Positions 15,722 to 25,288 of a DNA stretch of 64,000 bases are shown here, piece after piece (the stretch's first letter is position 1; every line of letters starts with the position of its first letter). The notes under the pieces were generated by a model. It was not told where the DNA came from. It made no database searches and saw only the letters and a list, made by a program, of their open reading frames with translations. The translations under genes were made by a program, and so were the position numbers. Source of the DNA: Candidatus Nealsonbacteria bacterium (GTDB lineage Bacteria; Patescibacteriota; Minisyncoccia; Minisyncoccales; UBA6532); assembly GCA_016186485.1 (NCBI GenBank), contig JACPLN010000005.1, positions 105,256 to 169,255 on the forward strand, given 5' to 3'.

Positions 15722-16589
15722 ATTTCAAGACTAAGTTTTCAGCATCTTCATAGTTTTTGACCCAGCGGATTCTTTTGTCCTTTTTAAACCACGTAAGTTG
15801 ACGCTTGGCATATTGCCAAGTGTTTTTTATTATCTCATTTTTAACTTCTTCTAGGCTCTTTTTTCTTTCAAAATAGCCTTTCCATTCTTGGTATCCTATA
15901 CTTTGGAAAGCGGGCGCTTCCCAGCCGTATTTTTCCGTCAAAACTTCAACCTCTTTTTTAAGGCCCAGTCCAATCATTTTTTTTACTCTTTTTACAATTT
16001 TATTTTTAAGTTCTTCTTTGTCTGTTTTTATTCCAATTATCAGGATATCAAGAGAAAAAGGGGCTTTTCTGGGTTTTGGAACCGGCCTATTGGTTTTGAG
16101 CACAATTTCTAGGGCTCTAATCAGCCGCCGCCGATTATTAACATCAATCGTTCTAAATCGGACCGGATCTAGTTTTTTTAGCCAGCTTGCTAATTCCGAG
16201 ATCGCTTTTTTATCAAGCTGTTTTCTAAGCTTCCAATCCGGTTTTACCTCTGGAATTATTATTCCGTCCACAACGGATTTAATATAAAATCCGGTTCCCC
16301 CTGCTAAAAACGGCAGCTTTCCCCTGTCTAGAATTTCCTTAATTTTTTTGACCGCCAATTTTTTATATAAGGTTACATTGAATTTCTGGTTTGGCTTTAG
16401 AATATCAATAAGGTGGTGGGGTACCGGGCTATTTTTTTGCTTTGCCGTTCCAATATCCATTCCCTTATAAATCTGTCTTGAGTCGGCAGAAACGATTTCG
16501 CCGCCAAATTCTTTAACCAGTTTTTTGGCCAGCTCGCTTTTTCCAGAGGCGGTTGGTCCCAAAACGACAATAAGCTTTTCTGTTGACAT
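15711..16589 (-). CDS. miaA: tRNA dimethylallyltransferase
   Basis: P-loop GPTASGKSELA, ADSRQIYKGMDIGTAK, and YAKRQLTWF. Confidence 0.9.
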   Translation of the reverse strand: MSTEKLIVVLGPTASGKSELAKKLVKEFGGEIVSADSRQIYKGMDIGTAKQKNSPVPHHLIDILKPNQKFNVTLYKKLAVKKIKEILDRGKLPFLAGGTGFYIKSVVDGIIIPEVKPDWKLRKQLDKKAISELASWLKKLDPVRFRTIDVNNRRRLIRALEIVLKTNRPVPKPRKAPFSLDILIIGIKTDKEELKNKIVKRVKKMIGLGLKKEVEVLTEKYGWEAPAFQSIGYQEWKGYFERKKSLEEVKNEIIKNTWQYAKRQLTWFKKDKRIRWVKNYEDAENLVLKFIQ

Positions 16590-16626
16590 TTTTAAATTTA
16601 GTATTATAATAAAAGAGATGAATTAA

Positions 16627-17004
16627 ATGGTAAAGGTGAGAAGTACTTTCAGTATAAGTTATAAGAACTTCTTAGATCAAGGAACAGAATGGACTGTTGA
16701 TTGGAACTGGTGGGGGGAATGGAGAGGGTTTTCCCGCAAGTTCGGAACTTTAAATAGGGATAGTTGGGAAGAGGCTCCTTTCATTGGCGACATGGCTTAC
16801 GAAGCGATTCTCAAAAAATTTGGCCTAGAAGAATGGCCGGAGGAATTTCCCAGAGATTCTATAGTAAAGATGAGCCCGGCCGAATTAATAGCAAAGAGAA
16901 GAGAAAAAGAGCAAAGTTTTCCTGAACTGTCCAGACTCATGGCGGTAAGCGATTTCGCAACGCCAGACAAAGAAGCGGAACTGGCAGAAAATTACGCGCC
17001 GTGA
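16627..17004 (+). CDS. Hypothetical protein (125 aa, Trp-rich N-terminus)
   Basis: ORF with terminators downstream. No recognisable family. Confidence 0.4.
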   Translation: MVKVRSTFSISYKNFLDQGTEWTVDWNWWGEWRGFSRKFGTLNRDSWEEAPFIGDMAYEAILKKFGLEEWPEEFPRDSIVKMSPAELIAKRREKEQSFPELSRLMAVSDFATPDKEAELAENYAP

Positions 17005-17148
17005 ATATATTGGCATCAGGCGATCGCGGGCCGGCAGAAGAATATACATAGGGCATCAAGCCCTTTTTTATTTTTGGGCCTATTGCTTCCTCCGAGGAAG
17101 CAACGAGCCCGTTTTGGTTGAGTTGTGGTAGAATGGAAGAAAAGTTGT

Positions 17149-18789
17149 ATGCTCAATAGAGTTTTAAATTCTCAAACTAACAGCATTACGGGGGCGGCTA
17201 TTTTGCTTGGCGCCTCGGCTTTTGGGAGCCAGATTTTGGGGATTATCAGAGACAGGCTTCTGGCTGGTACGTTTGGAGCCGGCCAAGAACTAGATGTTTA
17301 TTTTGCTTCATTCAGGATACCGGATTTTGTATACGCAATTTTGATTACGGGGGGCATTTCAGCCGCTTTTTTGCCCGTATTTTCCGAATACTTCAGCAAA
17401 AATAAAGAAGAGGCTTGGCGGCTGGTCAATAGCGTGTTAAATGTTTTTTTTATTTTACTTATTTTGATAGCGGGATTCTTAGCTTTGTTTACGCCCTCAT
17501 TGCTGGAATTAATAACCCCGGGATTTAGTTTCAGTCAAAAAGCGATAACAGCGGAACTAACGAGGATTATATTTTTAGGGTCAATTATTTTCGGGGTTTC
17601 CGGGATATTCGCCGGCATACTCCAGTATTTTAACAAGTTTTTAGCTTATGCCTTAGCTCCGATTTTGTACAACCTGGGAATTATTATCGGAATCATTTTT
17701 TTTGTTCCTGTTTTTGGCATTAAAGGGCTGGCTTACGGCGTTGTTTTCGGATCCCTGCTCCATTTTGCAATTCAGCTGCCTGCCGTTTTCCAATCGGGAT
17801 ATAGACCAAAACCAATATTTTCTTTGAAAAATCCAGGTTTGATAAAAATATTTAAACTAATGGCGCCGAGAACCTTTGGCCAGATATCCAACCACATTAA
17901 TTTATTGGCAATAACCGCCATTGGTTCAACATTAACCGCGGGTTCAATATCGGTTTTTAGCTTATCAAATAATCTTCAATCTTTCCCCGCCGGTCTTGTT
18001 GGCGTACCCTATGCTTTAGCTGTTTTTCCAAGTTTTTCAAAGGCTTTTGCGAGAAGCGATAAGCAAAAATTTATCTCCGATTTTTCTTCAACGCTAAGAA
18101 AAGTCATCTTTTTGATTATCCCGTCTATAATTTTAATATTTTTATTAAGGGCTCAGATTGTAAGGTTGGTGCTTGGTACCGGACAATTTGGCTGGGCAGA
18201 TACCCGCTTGACGGCAGCGAGCTTGGGCGTTTTTGCTTTTGGGATTTTTGCAGCCAGCTTAATTCCTTTATTGGTAAGAGCCTTCTTTTCTTTTCAGGAC
18301 ACCAAAACCCCGGTTATTATAGGAATGATTTCTATTGCCATAAACATTATTTCCTCATTATATTTTGTCTGGATTTTAAGTTTCAGCAATTCTTTCCAGG
18401 CGCTGATTGTTAACCTGCTTAAATTGCAGGGTCTTAACGGCATTTCTGTAATTGGCTTGCCGCTGGCGCTTTCTTTGTCCGGCACTTTCCAGCTTTTACT
18501 GCTTTTATTTTTTTTGAAAAGAAGGATTAGAGAAATAGAATTCCGGGGAATTGCCGGTTCTCTAAAGAAAATATTAATCGCCAGCGTTTTGGCTGGCGCC
18601 TCCGCTTATTTTACCATTTATCTTGTTGCCCAATTTTTAAACCTTCAGACTTTTCTTGGTGTTTTTGCGCAGGCCCTATCAGCTTTTTGCATAGGGGCCG
18701 CTGTTTACGGCTTCGTTTCTTATTCTCTGGGATTAACAGAGGCCAGCCTGATTTACTTCTCTTTTTTGAAGAAGATTAAGATAATGTAA
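17149..18789 (+). CDS. murJ: Lipid II flippase MurJ/MviN
   Basis: Polytopic membrane protein with RDRLLAGTFGAG..LDVYFASFRIPDF. I prefer ATG 17149; GTG 17125 is possible. Confidence 0.85.
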   Translation: MLNRVLNSQTNSITGAAILLGASAFGSQILGIIRDRLLAGTFGAGQELDVYFASFRIPDFVYAILITGGISAAFLPVFSEYFSKNKEEAWRLVNSVLNVFFILLILIAGFLALFTPSLLELITPGFSFSQKAITAELTRIIFLGSIIFGVSGIFAGILQYFNKFLAYALAPILYNLGIIIGIIFFVPVFGIKGLAYGVVFGSLLHFAIQLPAVFQSGYRPKPIFSLKNPGLIKIFKLMAPRTFGQISNHINLLAITAIGSTLTAGSISVFSLSNNLQSFPAGLVGVPYALAVFPSFSKAFARSDKQKFISDFSSTLRKVIFLIIPSIILIFLLRAQIVRLVLGTGQFGWADTRLTAASLGVFAFGIFAASLIPLLVRAFFSFQDTKTPVIIGMISIAINIISSLYFVWILSFSNSFQALIVNLLKLQGLNGISVIGLPLALSLSGTFQLLLLLFFLKRRIREIEFRGIAGSLKKILIASVLAGASAYFTIYLVAQFLNLQTFLGVFAQALSAFCIGAAVYGFVSYSLGLTEASLIYFSFLKKIKIM

Positions 18790-18800
18790 CAGATAATAAT

Positions 18801-20585
18801 ATGGAAAATATCAGGAATTTTGTTATTATCGCCCATATTGATCACGGGAAGTCAACGCTGGCTGACCGGCTTTTGGAAATAACTGGTACAATTCCTAAAG
18901 AAAAAATGAAACCGCAGTATTTGGATATGATGGATTTGGAAAGAGAGAGGGGAATTACAATAAAAATGCAGCCGGTTCGCATGAACTACAATCTACATTC
19001 TACTTTCTACATTCTAAACTTGATTGATACCCCGGGTCACGTTGATTTTGCTTATGAGGTTTCAAGGTCTCTGGCTGCGGTTGAAGGAGCAATTCTTTTG
19101 GTTGACGCAACCCAAGGGGTTCAGGCGCAGACCCTGGCTAATTTGGAGCTGGCCAGGAAGCAAAATTTGGTTATTATACCCGTTGTGAACAAGATAGATT
19201 CTCCGCAGGCGAACACAGAGGAAGCGGCAATAGAGCTTTCCAAGGTTTTAGGAATAAAGAAGGAAGAAATTATAATGATTTCGGCAAGGCTCGGCACCAA
19301 TGTAGATAAAGTTCTCCTTTCTGTCATTGAAAAGGTCCCGCCTCCAAAAATTAATTTAGAGAAACCATTAAGAGCTCTGGTTTTTGATTCAGATTACGAT
19401 ACTTATAAAGGAATTCTGGCTTATGTGAGAATAATTGACGGCGAAATCAAAATGGGAGAGCAAATTCATTTAATGGCTGCAAACATATCCAGTCAGATAA
19501 AAGAAATTGGATACTTTGCTCCGGAGTTAAAGCCGGCTGATTCGTTAAAGTCTGGCGAGATAGGATATATAGCAACAGGGATAAAGGAGCCCGGCAAAGT
19601 AATGGTAGGGGATACCATCACAATTCCCAATTTCAACATTGGACCCTTGGCGGGTTATAAAGAGCCAAAGCCCGTTGTTTTTGCCAGCGTTTACCCCCAG
19701 AATCCGGACGATTTTGATTTATTGAAGATTGCTTTGGAGAAATTGAAGCTTAGCGATTACGCCCTGACTTTTGAGCAGGAACTTAAAGCAATAATCGGCA
19801 GAGGGTTCCGCTGCGGATTTTTAGGCTCTTTGCACGCGGAAATAGCGACAGAAAGATTAAAAAGGGAGTTTGGTTTGGAGGTTATAATTTCCAAACCCTC
19901 TGTTGTTTATAAAATAATTGATATTAAAGACAAGGAGCATTTTATATATTCCCCGGCCGACTGGATCAGCTACTCTTTGATCAAGGAAATCAAAGAGCCA
20001 TGGGTAAGGATAGAGGTTATTGCTCCAAGCAGGTTTTTAGGCCCAGCCTTAAATGTTTTGGAAAGCGTGTCCGGGCGCCAGGTTGGCATCGTAAACATCA
20101 GCCAAGACAAGCTTTTGGTGACATACGAATTGCCCCTAAGGGAACTGATAGTGGGATTTTACGACAATCTTAAGGGAGCCACCCAAGGGTATGCTTCAAT
20201 GAACTACGAAATTTTAGATTATAGGCAGGGGGATTTGGCAAAGCTTGAGGTTTTGGTTGCCGGCCAGAAAGAGGAAGCTTTTTCCGAGATTGTTCCCAAA
20301 GAAAAAGCTTACCAAGAGGGCAGCAGGATTGTTAAGAAGCTGAAAGATATTTTGCCTCCCCAGCTTTTTTCTGTTGCTTTGCAGGCGGTTTTCCAGGGCA
20401 AAATAATCGCCAGGGAAACAATGAGGGCAAAAGGCAGAGATGTTATCGCTCCTCTTTACGGGGGAGATTACACAAGAAAAAAGAAGCTTCTGGAAAAACA
20501 GAAAAAAGGAAAGAAAGAGTTAAAAGAAAAGGGAAAGGTTAGGATTCCGCCCAAAGTATTTTTGGAGATATTCAAGAGCCATTGA
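18801..20585 (+). CDS. lepA: Translation elongation factor 4 (LepA)
   Basis: IRNFVIIAHIDHGKSTLADR, DTPGHVDF, NKID, and the LepA C-terminal domain with a Lys-rich tail. Confidence 0.95.
   Translation: MENIRNFVIIAHIDHGKSTLADRLLEITGTIPKEKMKPQYLDMMDLERERGITIKMQPVRMNYNLHSTFYILNLIDTPGHVDFAYEVSRSLAAVEGAILLVDATQGVQAQTLANLELARKQNLVIIPVVNKIDSPQANTEEAAIELSKVLGIKKEEIIMISARLGTNVDKVLLSVIEKVPPPKINLEKPLRALVFDSDYDTYKGILAYVRIIDGEIKMGEQIHLMAANISSQIKEIGYFAPELKPADSLKSGEIGYIATGIKEPGKVMVGDTITIPNFNIGPLAGYKEPKPVVFASVYPQNPDDFDLLKIALEKLKLSDYALTFEQELKAIIGRGFRCGFLGSLHAEIATERLKREFGLEVIISKPSVVYKIIDIKDKEHFIYSPADWISYSLIKEIKEPWVRIEVIAPSRFLGPALNVLESVSGRQVGIVNISQDKLLVTYELPLRELIVGFYDNLKGATQGYASMNYEILDYRQGDLAKLEVLVAGQKEEAFSEIVPKEKAYQEGSRIVKKLKDILPPQLFSVALQAVFQGKIIARETMRAKGRDVIAPLYGGDYTRKKKLLEKQKKGKKELKEKGKVRIPPKVFLEIFKSH
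18984..19018 (+). repeat. Degenerate heptanucleotide array (AACTACA ATCTACA TTCTACT TTCTACA TTCTAAA) inside lepA
   Basis: Read directly. It encodes NYNLHSTFYILN just upstream of the DTPGH motif. Confidence 0.7.
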
Positions 20586-20610
20586 CAGGGTTAAAGATAT
20601 AACCTATAAT
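20582..20610 (+). promoter_or_regulatory. Consensus sigma70 promoter
   Basis: TTGACA (20582-20587), 17 nt, TATAAT (20605-20610). Confidence 0.7.
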
Positions 20611-20631
20611 ATATTCGGTTCGTCAAAATTG

Positions 20632-21078
20632 ATGGGATCAGAAAGAAGAGAAATAGCAGCAAAGGAAACTTCATGGCATCGCAGGTTAAGGAAAAAGCAT
20701 GTTACAAAACCGATTTTTTTTATTCTGCTAATAGTAACGATATTTTGGTTTGCCGGAATCCCTATTTATGCACGCACATCAGGGGCGGGTCTAATCCATC
20801 TTACCAGCAAAGAAACGAGGGTTAGTGGCATAGGAACAATGGAAGATATCAAAAATGCTAGCGTTAGGTTTGATGGTTCTCAATTAATCTTTACTGTTGA
20901 TGGACAAATAAGGAGCATCAAACACATAGGCTCCGGGGCCTTTCAGGAAGAGTTTGCCGTAGGGAATACTGTTGTTGTTATCAACGGAATTACAGAGCGG
21001 GGCGAAGTCTTTTTTGTCAAAATATCTTATTACCAAGGCCAAACCAAATCTTCTTTCCAAACATCTCTACCCGAATAA
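20632..21078 (+). CDS. Hypothetical single-pass membrane protein
   Basis: One TM helix (PIFFILLIVTIFWFAGIPIY). The leader is identical to that of the next gene. Confidence 0.5.
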   Translation: MGSERREIAAKETSWHRRLRKKHVTKPIFFILLIVTIFWFAGIPIYARTSGAGLIHLTSKETRVSGIGTMEDIKNASVRFDGSQLIFTVDGQIRSIKHIGSGAFQEEFAVGNTVVVINGITERGEVFFVKISYYQGQTKSSFQTSLPE

Positions 21079-21110
21079 ATAGTTCGTTCCGTACTCCCCG
21101 CATAATGCCC

Positions 21111-21139
21111 TTGACAGATATAAGAATACATGATATTAT
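21111..21139 (+). promoter_or_regulatory. Sigma70 promoter with extended -10
   Basis: TTGACA (21111-21116), 17 nt, TGA-TATTAT (21134-21139). Confidence 0.65.
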
Positions 21140-21160
21140 ATATTCGGTTCGTCAAAATTG

Positions 21161-21754
21161 ATGGAATCAAGAAAAATACTGACCGTGAAAAAGGGTTCGT
21201 GGCACTACCTGCTAGCGAAAGTACTTGATGACCTCTGGGGTTCGGATATCACTCTCTCGCGCGATGGCTGCAGTTACAGAAGAGGATTAGGCATAGGTGT
21301 TTTCTTTACAGCCATGCCGGTCTTTATGGCGATAGGCATTTTCGCAATTGTCTTTCCCCCAAAAGAGCCATTCTTATCAGCATTTTCCGTCTTAACCCCG
21401 ATATATGGGATAGCAACCCTAATCGAACTAATTGTTCTGTGGGAGAACATGAGCGAGAACAAAAAGCGTCCAGTACAGAGAGTTCTTGGTCCTATTGCAA
21501 AAGTTCTTGATAGGGCATTCGCAAGATGGGATCGCGCGCGTCTTGTCGTAGACAGGACAATAGATGAGCTCTTATCACCGCTAGGGACCCTCATAGACTA
21601 TCTGTGGGAAAGAATTCACGCGCGGCGAATGGCGAGCAGACAGCAAAAGCCCAAAGCCATAAAAGCAGAAAGACAAAAACAGCCAAACCTATTCTTTCTT
21701 TGGATTAAGGCCAAGAAAGAAAGATACTGCCCGCTAATAGAATTCGTGCCATAA
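21161..21754 (+). CDS. Hypothetical membrane protein
   Basis: Two or three TM helices. The N-terminus (K.GSWH) resembles the preceding gene. GC is higher than the surroundings. Confidence 0.5.
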   Translation: MESRKILTVKKGSWHYLLAKVLDDLWGSDITLSRDGCSYRRGLGIGVFFTAMPVFMAIGIFAIVFPPKEPFLSAFSVLTPIYGIATLIELIVLWENMSENKKRPVQRVLGPIAKVLDRAFARWDRARLVVDRTIDELLSPLGTLIDYLWERIHARRMASRQQKPKAIKAERQKQPNLFFLWIKAKKERYCPLIEFVP

Positions 21755-21761
21755 ATCATTC

Positions 21762-21802
21762 GGGGTGTAAAAAGCATAAGCTTAGTCACCCCTTTTTATT
21801 TT
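21762..21802 (+). terminator. Intrinsic terminator
   Basis: GGGGTG (21762-21767) pairs with TCACCCC (21786-21792), followed by a T-run. Confidence 0.55.
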
Positions 21803-21813
21803 GTTTAGATTTG

Positions 21814-21909
21814 CTAGAATAAGGGAGCAATCAGGAAAAATATCGTGCTGATAACGACAAGCGAGACCATCAATAGCCAGACTATTTTAATTATTTTTTT
21901 GGACTTCAT
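21814..21909 (-). CDS. Possible 31-aa hydrophobic peptide (MKSKKIIKIVWLLMVSLVVISTIFFLIAPLF)
   Basis: A short ORF below the ORF-track cutoff, found by reading the minus strand. No further support. Confidence 0.2.
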   Translation of the reverse strand: MKSKKIIKIVWLLMVSLVVISTIFFLIAPLF

Positions 21910-21915
21910 TGATTT

Positions 21916-22299
21916 ATGATAACACGAACAAAAAGGACAAAAAGGGATTTTTACGAAAACCTATTTTTCTCCGTTCTCCTTATTGTTTTAATCTTTGCGA
22001 TAGTCGGCTTTCTTGTTGTTTCCAATATAAGGGCCAGTAAGAAAAGAGGGGAACTTCAATCCCAGATCCAGACCCTAAAAAAAGAAATCCAATCATTAGA
22101 AGATAAGAAGAAAGAATTAACGGGTCGGGCTGGCGAATCAAACAATGGAGAATTTTTGGAAAGGGAGGCGAGAGAAAGATTCAACCTTCAAAAACCAGGC
22201 GAAGAGGTGGTAACCATCGTTCCTTTTGAAAAAAGCGGAGAAAGCAAAAGCGAAGAAGGCAAAAATAAAAAATCTTGGTGGAATATCTTAGGGTTTTAA
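21916..22299 (+). CDS. Septum formation initiator (FtsB/DivIC-like) protein
   Basis: N-terminal TM helix followed by a coiled-coil (LQSQIQTLKKEIQSLEDKKKEL) and ARERFNLQKPGEEVV. Confidence 0.55.
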   Translation: MITRTKRTKRDFYENLFFSVLLIVLIFAIVGFLVVSNIRASKKRGELQSQIQTLKKEIQSLEDKKKELTGRAGESNNGEFLEREARERFNLQKPGEEVVTIVPFEKSGESKSEEGKNKKSWWNILGF

Positions 22300-22307
22300 T
22301 TATTTTT

Positions 22308-22378
22308 GCGGGTATGGTTCAGTGGCAGAATGCGACCTTCCCAAGGTTGAGATACGGGTTCGATTCCCGTTACCCGCA
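22308..22378 (+). tRNA. tRNA-Gly (anticodon CCC)
   Basis: Manual cloverleaf: acceptor GCGGGTA/TACCCGC, anticodon stem CGACC/GGTTG, loop TTCCCAA, T-arm ACGGG-TTCGATT-CCCGT. Confidence 0.9.
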
Positions 22379-22379
22379 T

Positions 22380-22454
22380 GCCGGCTTAGCTCAGCGGCAG
22401 AGCAGCTGTTTCGTAAACAGCAGGCCGTCGGTTCGAATCCGACAGCCGGCTCCA
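22380..22454 (+). tRNA. tRNA-Thr (anticodon CGU), CCA encoded
   Basis: Acceptor GCCGGCT/AGCCGGC, anticodon stem GCTGT/ACAGC, loop TTCGTAA, T-arm GTCGG-TTCGAAT-CCGAC, 3' TCCA. Confidence 0.9.
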
Positions 22455-22478
22455 ATTTTTTTATGTTAGAATATATTA

Positions 22479-23432
22479 GTGAGAACAATTATCCAATCCT
22501 TTTTTGTTTCATTGATCGCCGTATTAGCGGTTTTTCTGTTTTTCACCGAATCTTCTCTGGCAAAAACAGACCTTTCAATAACCGCTACTGATATCACCTT
22601 TTCTAAAGAGGATCCGTTAGACGGAGAAAATGTTCGGGTTTTCGCCCGAGTTTTTAATTTAGGAGATACGGATGTTTACGGTTTTGTCGTTTTTTTAGAC
22701 GGCAAGAGAGAAATGGCGGGTCCCCAGCCAATTTCCGTGAAAGCAAACACTTATGACGACGTATTCATTGATTGGGAAGCGGCTTCGGGCAGTCATAATA
22801 TAGATGCAAAAATTATCGGGACAAATCTTGCAGACGAAAATTCGTCCAATGACGTGGCCAAGAAAGAGAATTATTTCGTTGATTTAGACACGGATAGAGA
22901 TGGAAAGGGGAACATTGCAGACCAAGACGACGATAACGACGGGCTGTCGGATAACGATGAAATTGCAATAGGGACAAACCCCCTGGTTTTAGATACCGAC
23001 GGGGATTTGGTAAAAGACGGGATTGATCTTTTTCCTTTGGATAAAAGCGAATGGCGGGATTCGGATCAAGACGGGTCAGGAGACAATAAAGATTTGGACG
23101 ATGATAATGATAATTTGCCGGACAAAGAAGAAATTTTCGTTTTTGGCACCAACCCCCTCAATAGAGACAGCGATCAAGACAATATTTCAGACGATCAAGA
23201 AGTAATTTTGGGCACCAATCCCGTAAAAAAGGATACAGACGGGGACGGGGTAGCGGATTCCGAAGATGATTTTCCTTTAGATCCCACCAGATTCCAGGCA
23301 TCAATATTAGAAGCCATCGGCGCTTTAATCAAAAAAGAGGGATTGGCGAGAACCCAATTATTTATAGGATTTTCTCTCTTTTCAGCAATCTTTTTGTTTT
23401 TATTTTTCTATCGCAGAAGAAAAATACAATAA
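22479..23432 (+). CDS. Exported protein with CARDB-like N-domain and thrombospondin type-3-like Ca-binding repeats; C-terminal TM anchor (GTG start)
   Basis: Signal-like N-terminus. Repeated D-x-D-x-D-G blocks (DTDGDLVKDGIDLFPLD, DSDQDGSGDNKD, DTDGDGVADSEDDFPLD). Hydrophobic C-terminus followed by RRRK. Confidence 0.55.
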   Translation: MRTIIQSFFVSLIAVLAVFLFFTESSLAKTDLSITATDITFSKEDPLDGENVRVFARVFNLGDTDVYGFVVFLDGKREMAGPQPISVKANTYDDVFIDWEAASGSHNIDAKIIGTNLADENSSNDVAKKENYFVDLDTDRDGKGNIADQDDDNDGLSDNDEIAIGTNPLVLDTDGDLVKDGIDLFPLDKSEWRDSDQDGSGDNKDLDDDNDNLPDKEEIFVFGTNPLNRDSDQDNISDDQEVILGTNPVKKDTDGDGVADSEDDFPLDPTRFQASILEAIGALIKKEGLARTQLFIGFSLFSAIFLFLFFYRRRKIQ

Positions 23433-23434
23433 TC

Positions 23435-23998
23435 TTATTCAATCCTTCTGGAATATTCGCCGGTTTCCGTATTTATCTCAATAATATCTCCCTCGTTAAC
23501 AAATAAGGGAACATTTATTTTTGCGCCGGTTTCAAGAGTAGCCAATTTCGTCCCAGGTTGCGCCCTTTCTCCTTTGACGCCGGGCGGAGCCTCCGTAATT
23601 TTCAAACTTATCTTTATCGGCAAAGAGACGCCAATAATCTTGTTTTCAAACTCAAACGTCTCCACTTCCTGATTTGCTTTTAAAAATTGAGAGCTGTAGC
23701 CAATCTGTTCTTGGGTTAACTCAAACCTGAAAGAGGGATTGTCGGTTTTTGAAAATACAAACTTTCCTTTATTAGAGTAAATAAACTTTGCCTGAAATTT
23801 AGAGATCTCGGCCTCTTCAAAGACGTCTCCCTGATGGAAGTTTTTCTCAAAAACGCTGCCCCCAATGAGATTTTTTATTTTTGCTTGAATTACAACACGC
23901 CTCTGAGCTTTTTTCAGAGGCCTGGCTTCCAAAACTTCGTATGGTTCGCCTTCAATGATAATTCTGATTCCTTTGTGAAGTTCGCTATGCGTAATCAT
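23435..23998 (-). CDS. efp: Translation elongation factor P
   Basis: 187 aa. The N-terminal KOW-like region is ELHKGIRIIIEGEPYEVLEARPLKKAQRRVV, followed by OB domains. Confidence 0.9.
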   Translation of the reverse strand: MITHSELHKGIRIIIEGEPYEVLEARPLKKAQRRVVIQAKIKNLIGGSVFEKNFHQGDVFEEAEISKFQAKFIYSNKGKFVFSKTDNPSFRFELTQEQIGYSSQFLKANQEVETFEFENKIIGVSLPIKISLKITEAPPGVKGERAQPGTKLATLETGAKINVPLFVNEGDIIEINTETGEYSRRIE

Positions 23999-24001
23999 AA
24001 A

Positions 24002-24670
24002 TTATTTTATTGTGCGCCATTCAATTTCCGCTTCTTTGCCGGCAAATTCAAGCCACTCGCTGCTTTCACTGATAACATACCATTTTTTCCTAGTTTCAGA
24101 CCAGACCATTGGATTTCCCCGGAAATAAGGCTTTTTTACTATTTCTTTCGGCTTCAGGTTGTCCAGCTCCAGCCATTTTTTAAAAACGGTTTCAATGGCA
24201 TAGTCAAGCTTCCTTGATTTTGCCCAGCTAGCCACTTTGTCAATGGCTTCTCTGGCCCTTTCCAGGGAACCCGCTAATTCCAGCAGCTGCTTTGCCGGTT
24301 TTGTAAACCTTGAATAAATGATCTTTTGCTTTCTTGTATTTTGTTTTAGTTCGTTTAAAGAAACGCCCTTGGTTTCAAAATAATGGGTAATAACCGTTCT
24401 GATGGCCGTTTTTGATTTTAATTCCTCGTAATATTTGATTTTTCCTTTTTTCAGGTATTCTTCAATTTTTTCTGCTATGCTTTTTCCGACTGCCGGAATC
24501 AGCTCCAGGCCCTTTATACCCTTTTCTTTATAGATTTGCGCAATGTCTTCTTTCAAATTTTCTATGCTTTGAGCCGCTTTTTTGTAGGCTCGGGGCTTGA
24601 AAGCAATACTGTTTATTTCCAGCATCTTTCCGATATCGTATAGTATTTGGGCAATATCTTTATTTTCCAT
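24002..24670 (-). CDS. Helix-hairpin-helix protein resembling the PolX/Pol-beta N-terminal region; no polymerase domain
   Basis: IAQILYDIGKMLEINSIAFKPRAYKKAAQSIENL...IPAVGKSIAEKIEEYLKKG matches the PolX 8-kDa/HhH pattern. The C-terminal ~120 aa are unassigned. Confidence 0.5.
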   Translation of the reverse strand: MENKDIAQILYDIGKMLEINSIAFKPRAYKKAAQSIENLKEDIAQIYKEKGIKGLELIPAVGKSIAEKIEEYLKKGKIKYYEELKSKTAIRTVITHYFETKGVSLNELKQNTRKQKIIYSRFTKPAKQLLELAGSLERAREAIDKVASWAKSRKLDYAIETVFKKWLELDNLKPKEIVKKPYFRGNPMVWSETRKKWYVISESSEWLEFAGKEAEIEWRTIK

Positions 24671-24710
24671 GTTATTTAATTTTAATCTTTTTTATGATAA
24701 CATTCAATCT

Positions 24711-25283
24711 GTGAGACACCGAATTTTCATTGCCATTAATCTTACTGACGATATTAAAGAACGGCTTTTAGAATGCCAAAAAAAATGGCCGGAACTTCCG
24801 GCGCACTGGACCAAAATAGAAAATTTGCACATAACCCTGCTTTTTCTTGGGTACTTGGCGGAAGAAGACTTGCCGTTGGTTTTAGAGAAAACAAAAGAGC
24901 TTGCCTTGAAACAAAAGCCTTTTTCTATTTCCTTAGTAAAAGTTGTTTACGGACCGCCAGGAAAAATGCCGCCCAGGATGATTTGGGCACAAGGAGCAGG
25001 GTCAAAAGAGTTGGGCGTCCTGAAAGAAGGCCTAGAGAAATCGTTGCTGGAAGGCGGCATTAAATTTTCTGCAGAGGATAGAGTTTTCGCCCCCCACATA
25101 ACTTTAGCAAGAATCAAGACTTGGGAGTGGCGGAAGATTGAACCCGAAGAAAGGCCGGAGGTTTCAGAAGAAATCAATTTAAGTTTTGAGGTTAATTCAA
25201 TTGAGGTTATGGAAAGCAAGTTAAAAAGGGGAGGACCAGAATATTTTATTTTAGAGTCAGCCCCCCTTAAAACAGCTTCTTAA
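24711..25283 (+). CDS. thpR: RNA 2',3'-cyclic phosphodiesterase (2'-5' RNA ligase family, ThpR/LigT)
   Basis: Two H-x-T-x motifs (LHITLLFLG and PHITLARI). GTG 24711 gives a typical (M)RHRIFIAI start. ATG 24669 is the in-frame alternative. Confidence 0.75.
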   Translation: MRHRIFIAINLTDDIKERLLECQKKWPELPAHWTKIENLHITLLFLGYLAEEDLPLVLEKTKELALKQKPFSISLVKVVYGPPGKMPPRMIWAQGAGSKELGVLKEGLEKSLLEGGIKFSAEDRVFAPHITLARIKTWEWRKIEPEERPEVSEEINLSFEVNSIEVMESKLKRGGPEYFILESAPLKTAS

Positions 25284-25288
25284 AAGAT

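Noticed and set aside
22275-22591. ORFs 22275..22469 (+), 22300..22488 (-) and 22322..22591 (+).
   Set aside because: They overlap the two tRNA genes, whose cloverleaf structures account for the sequence.
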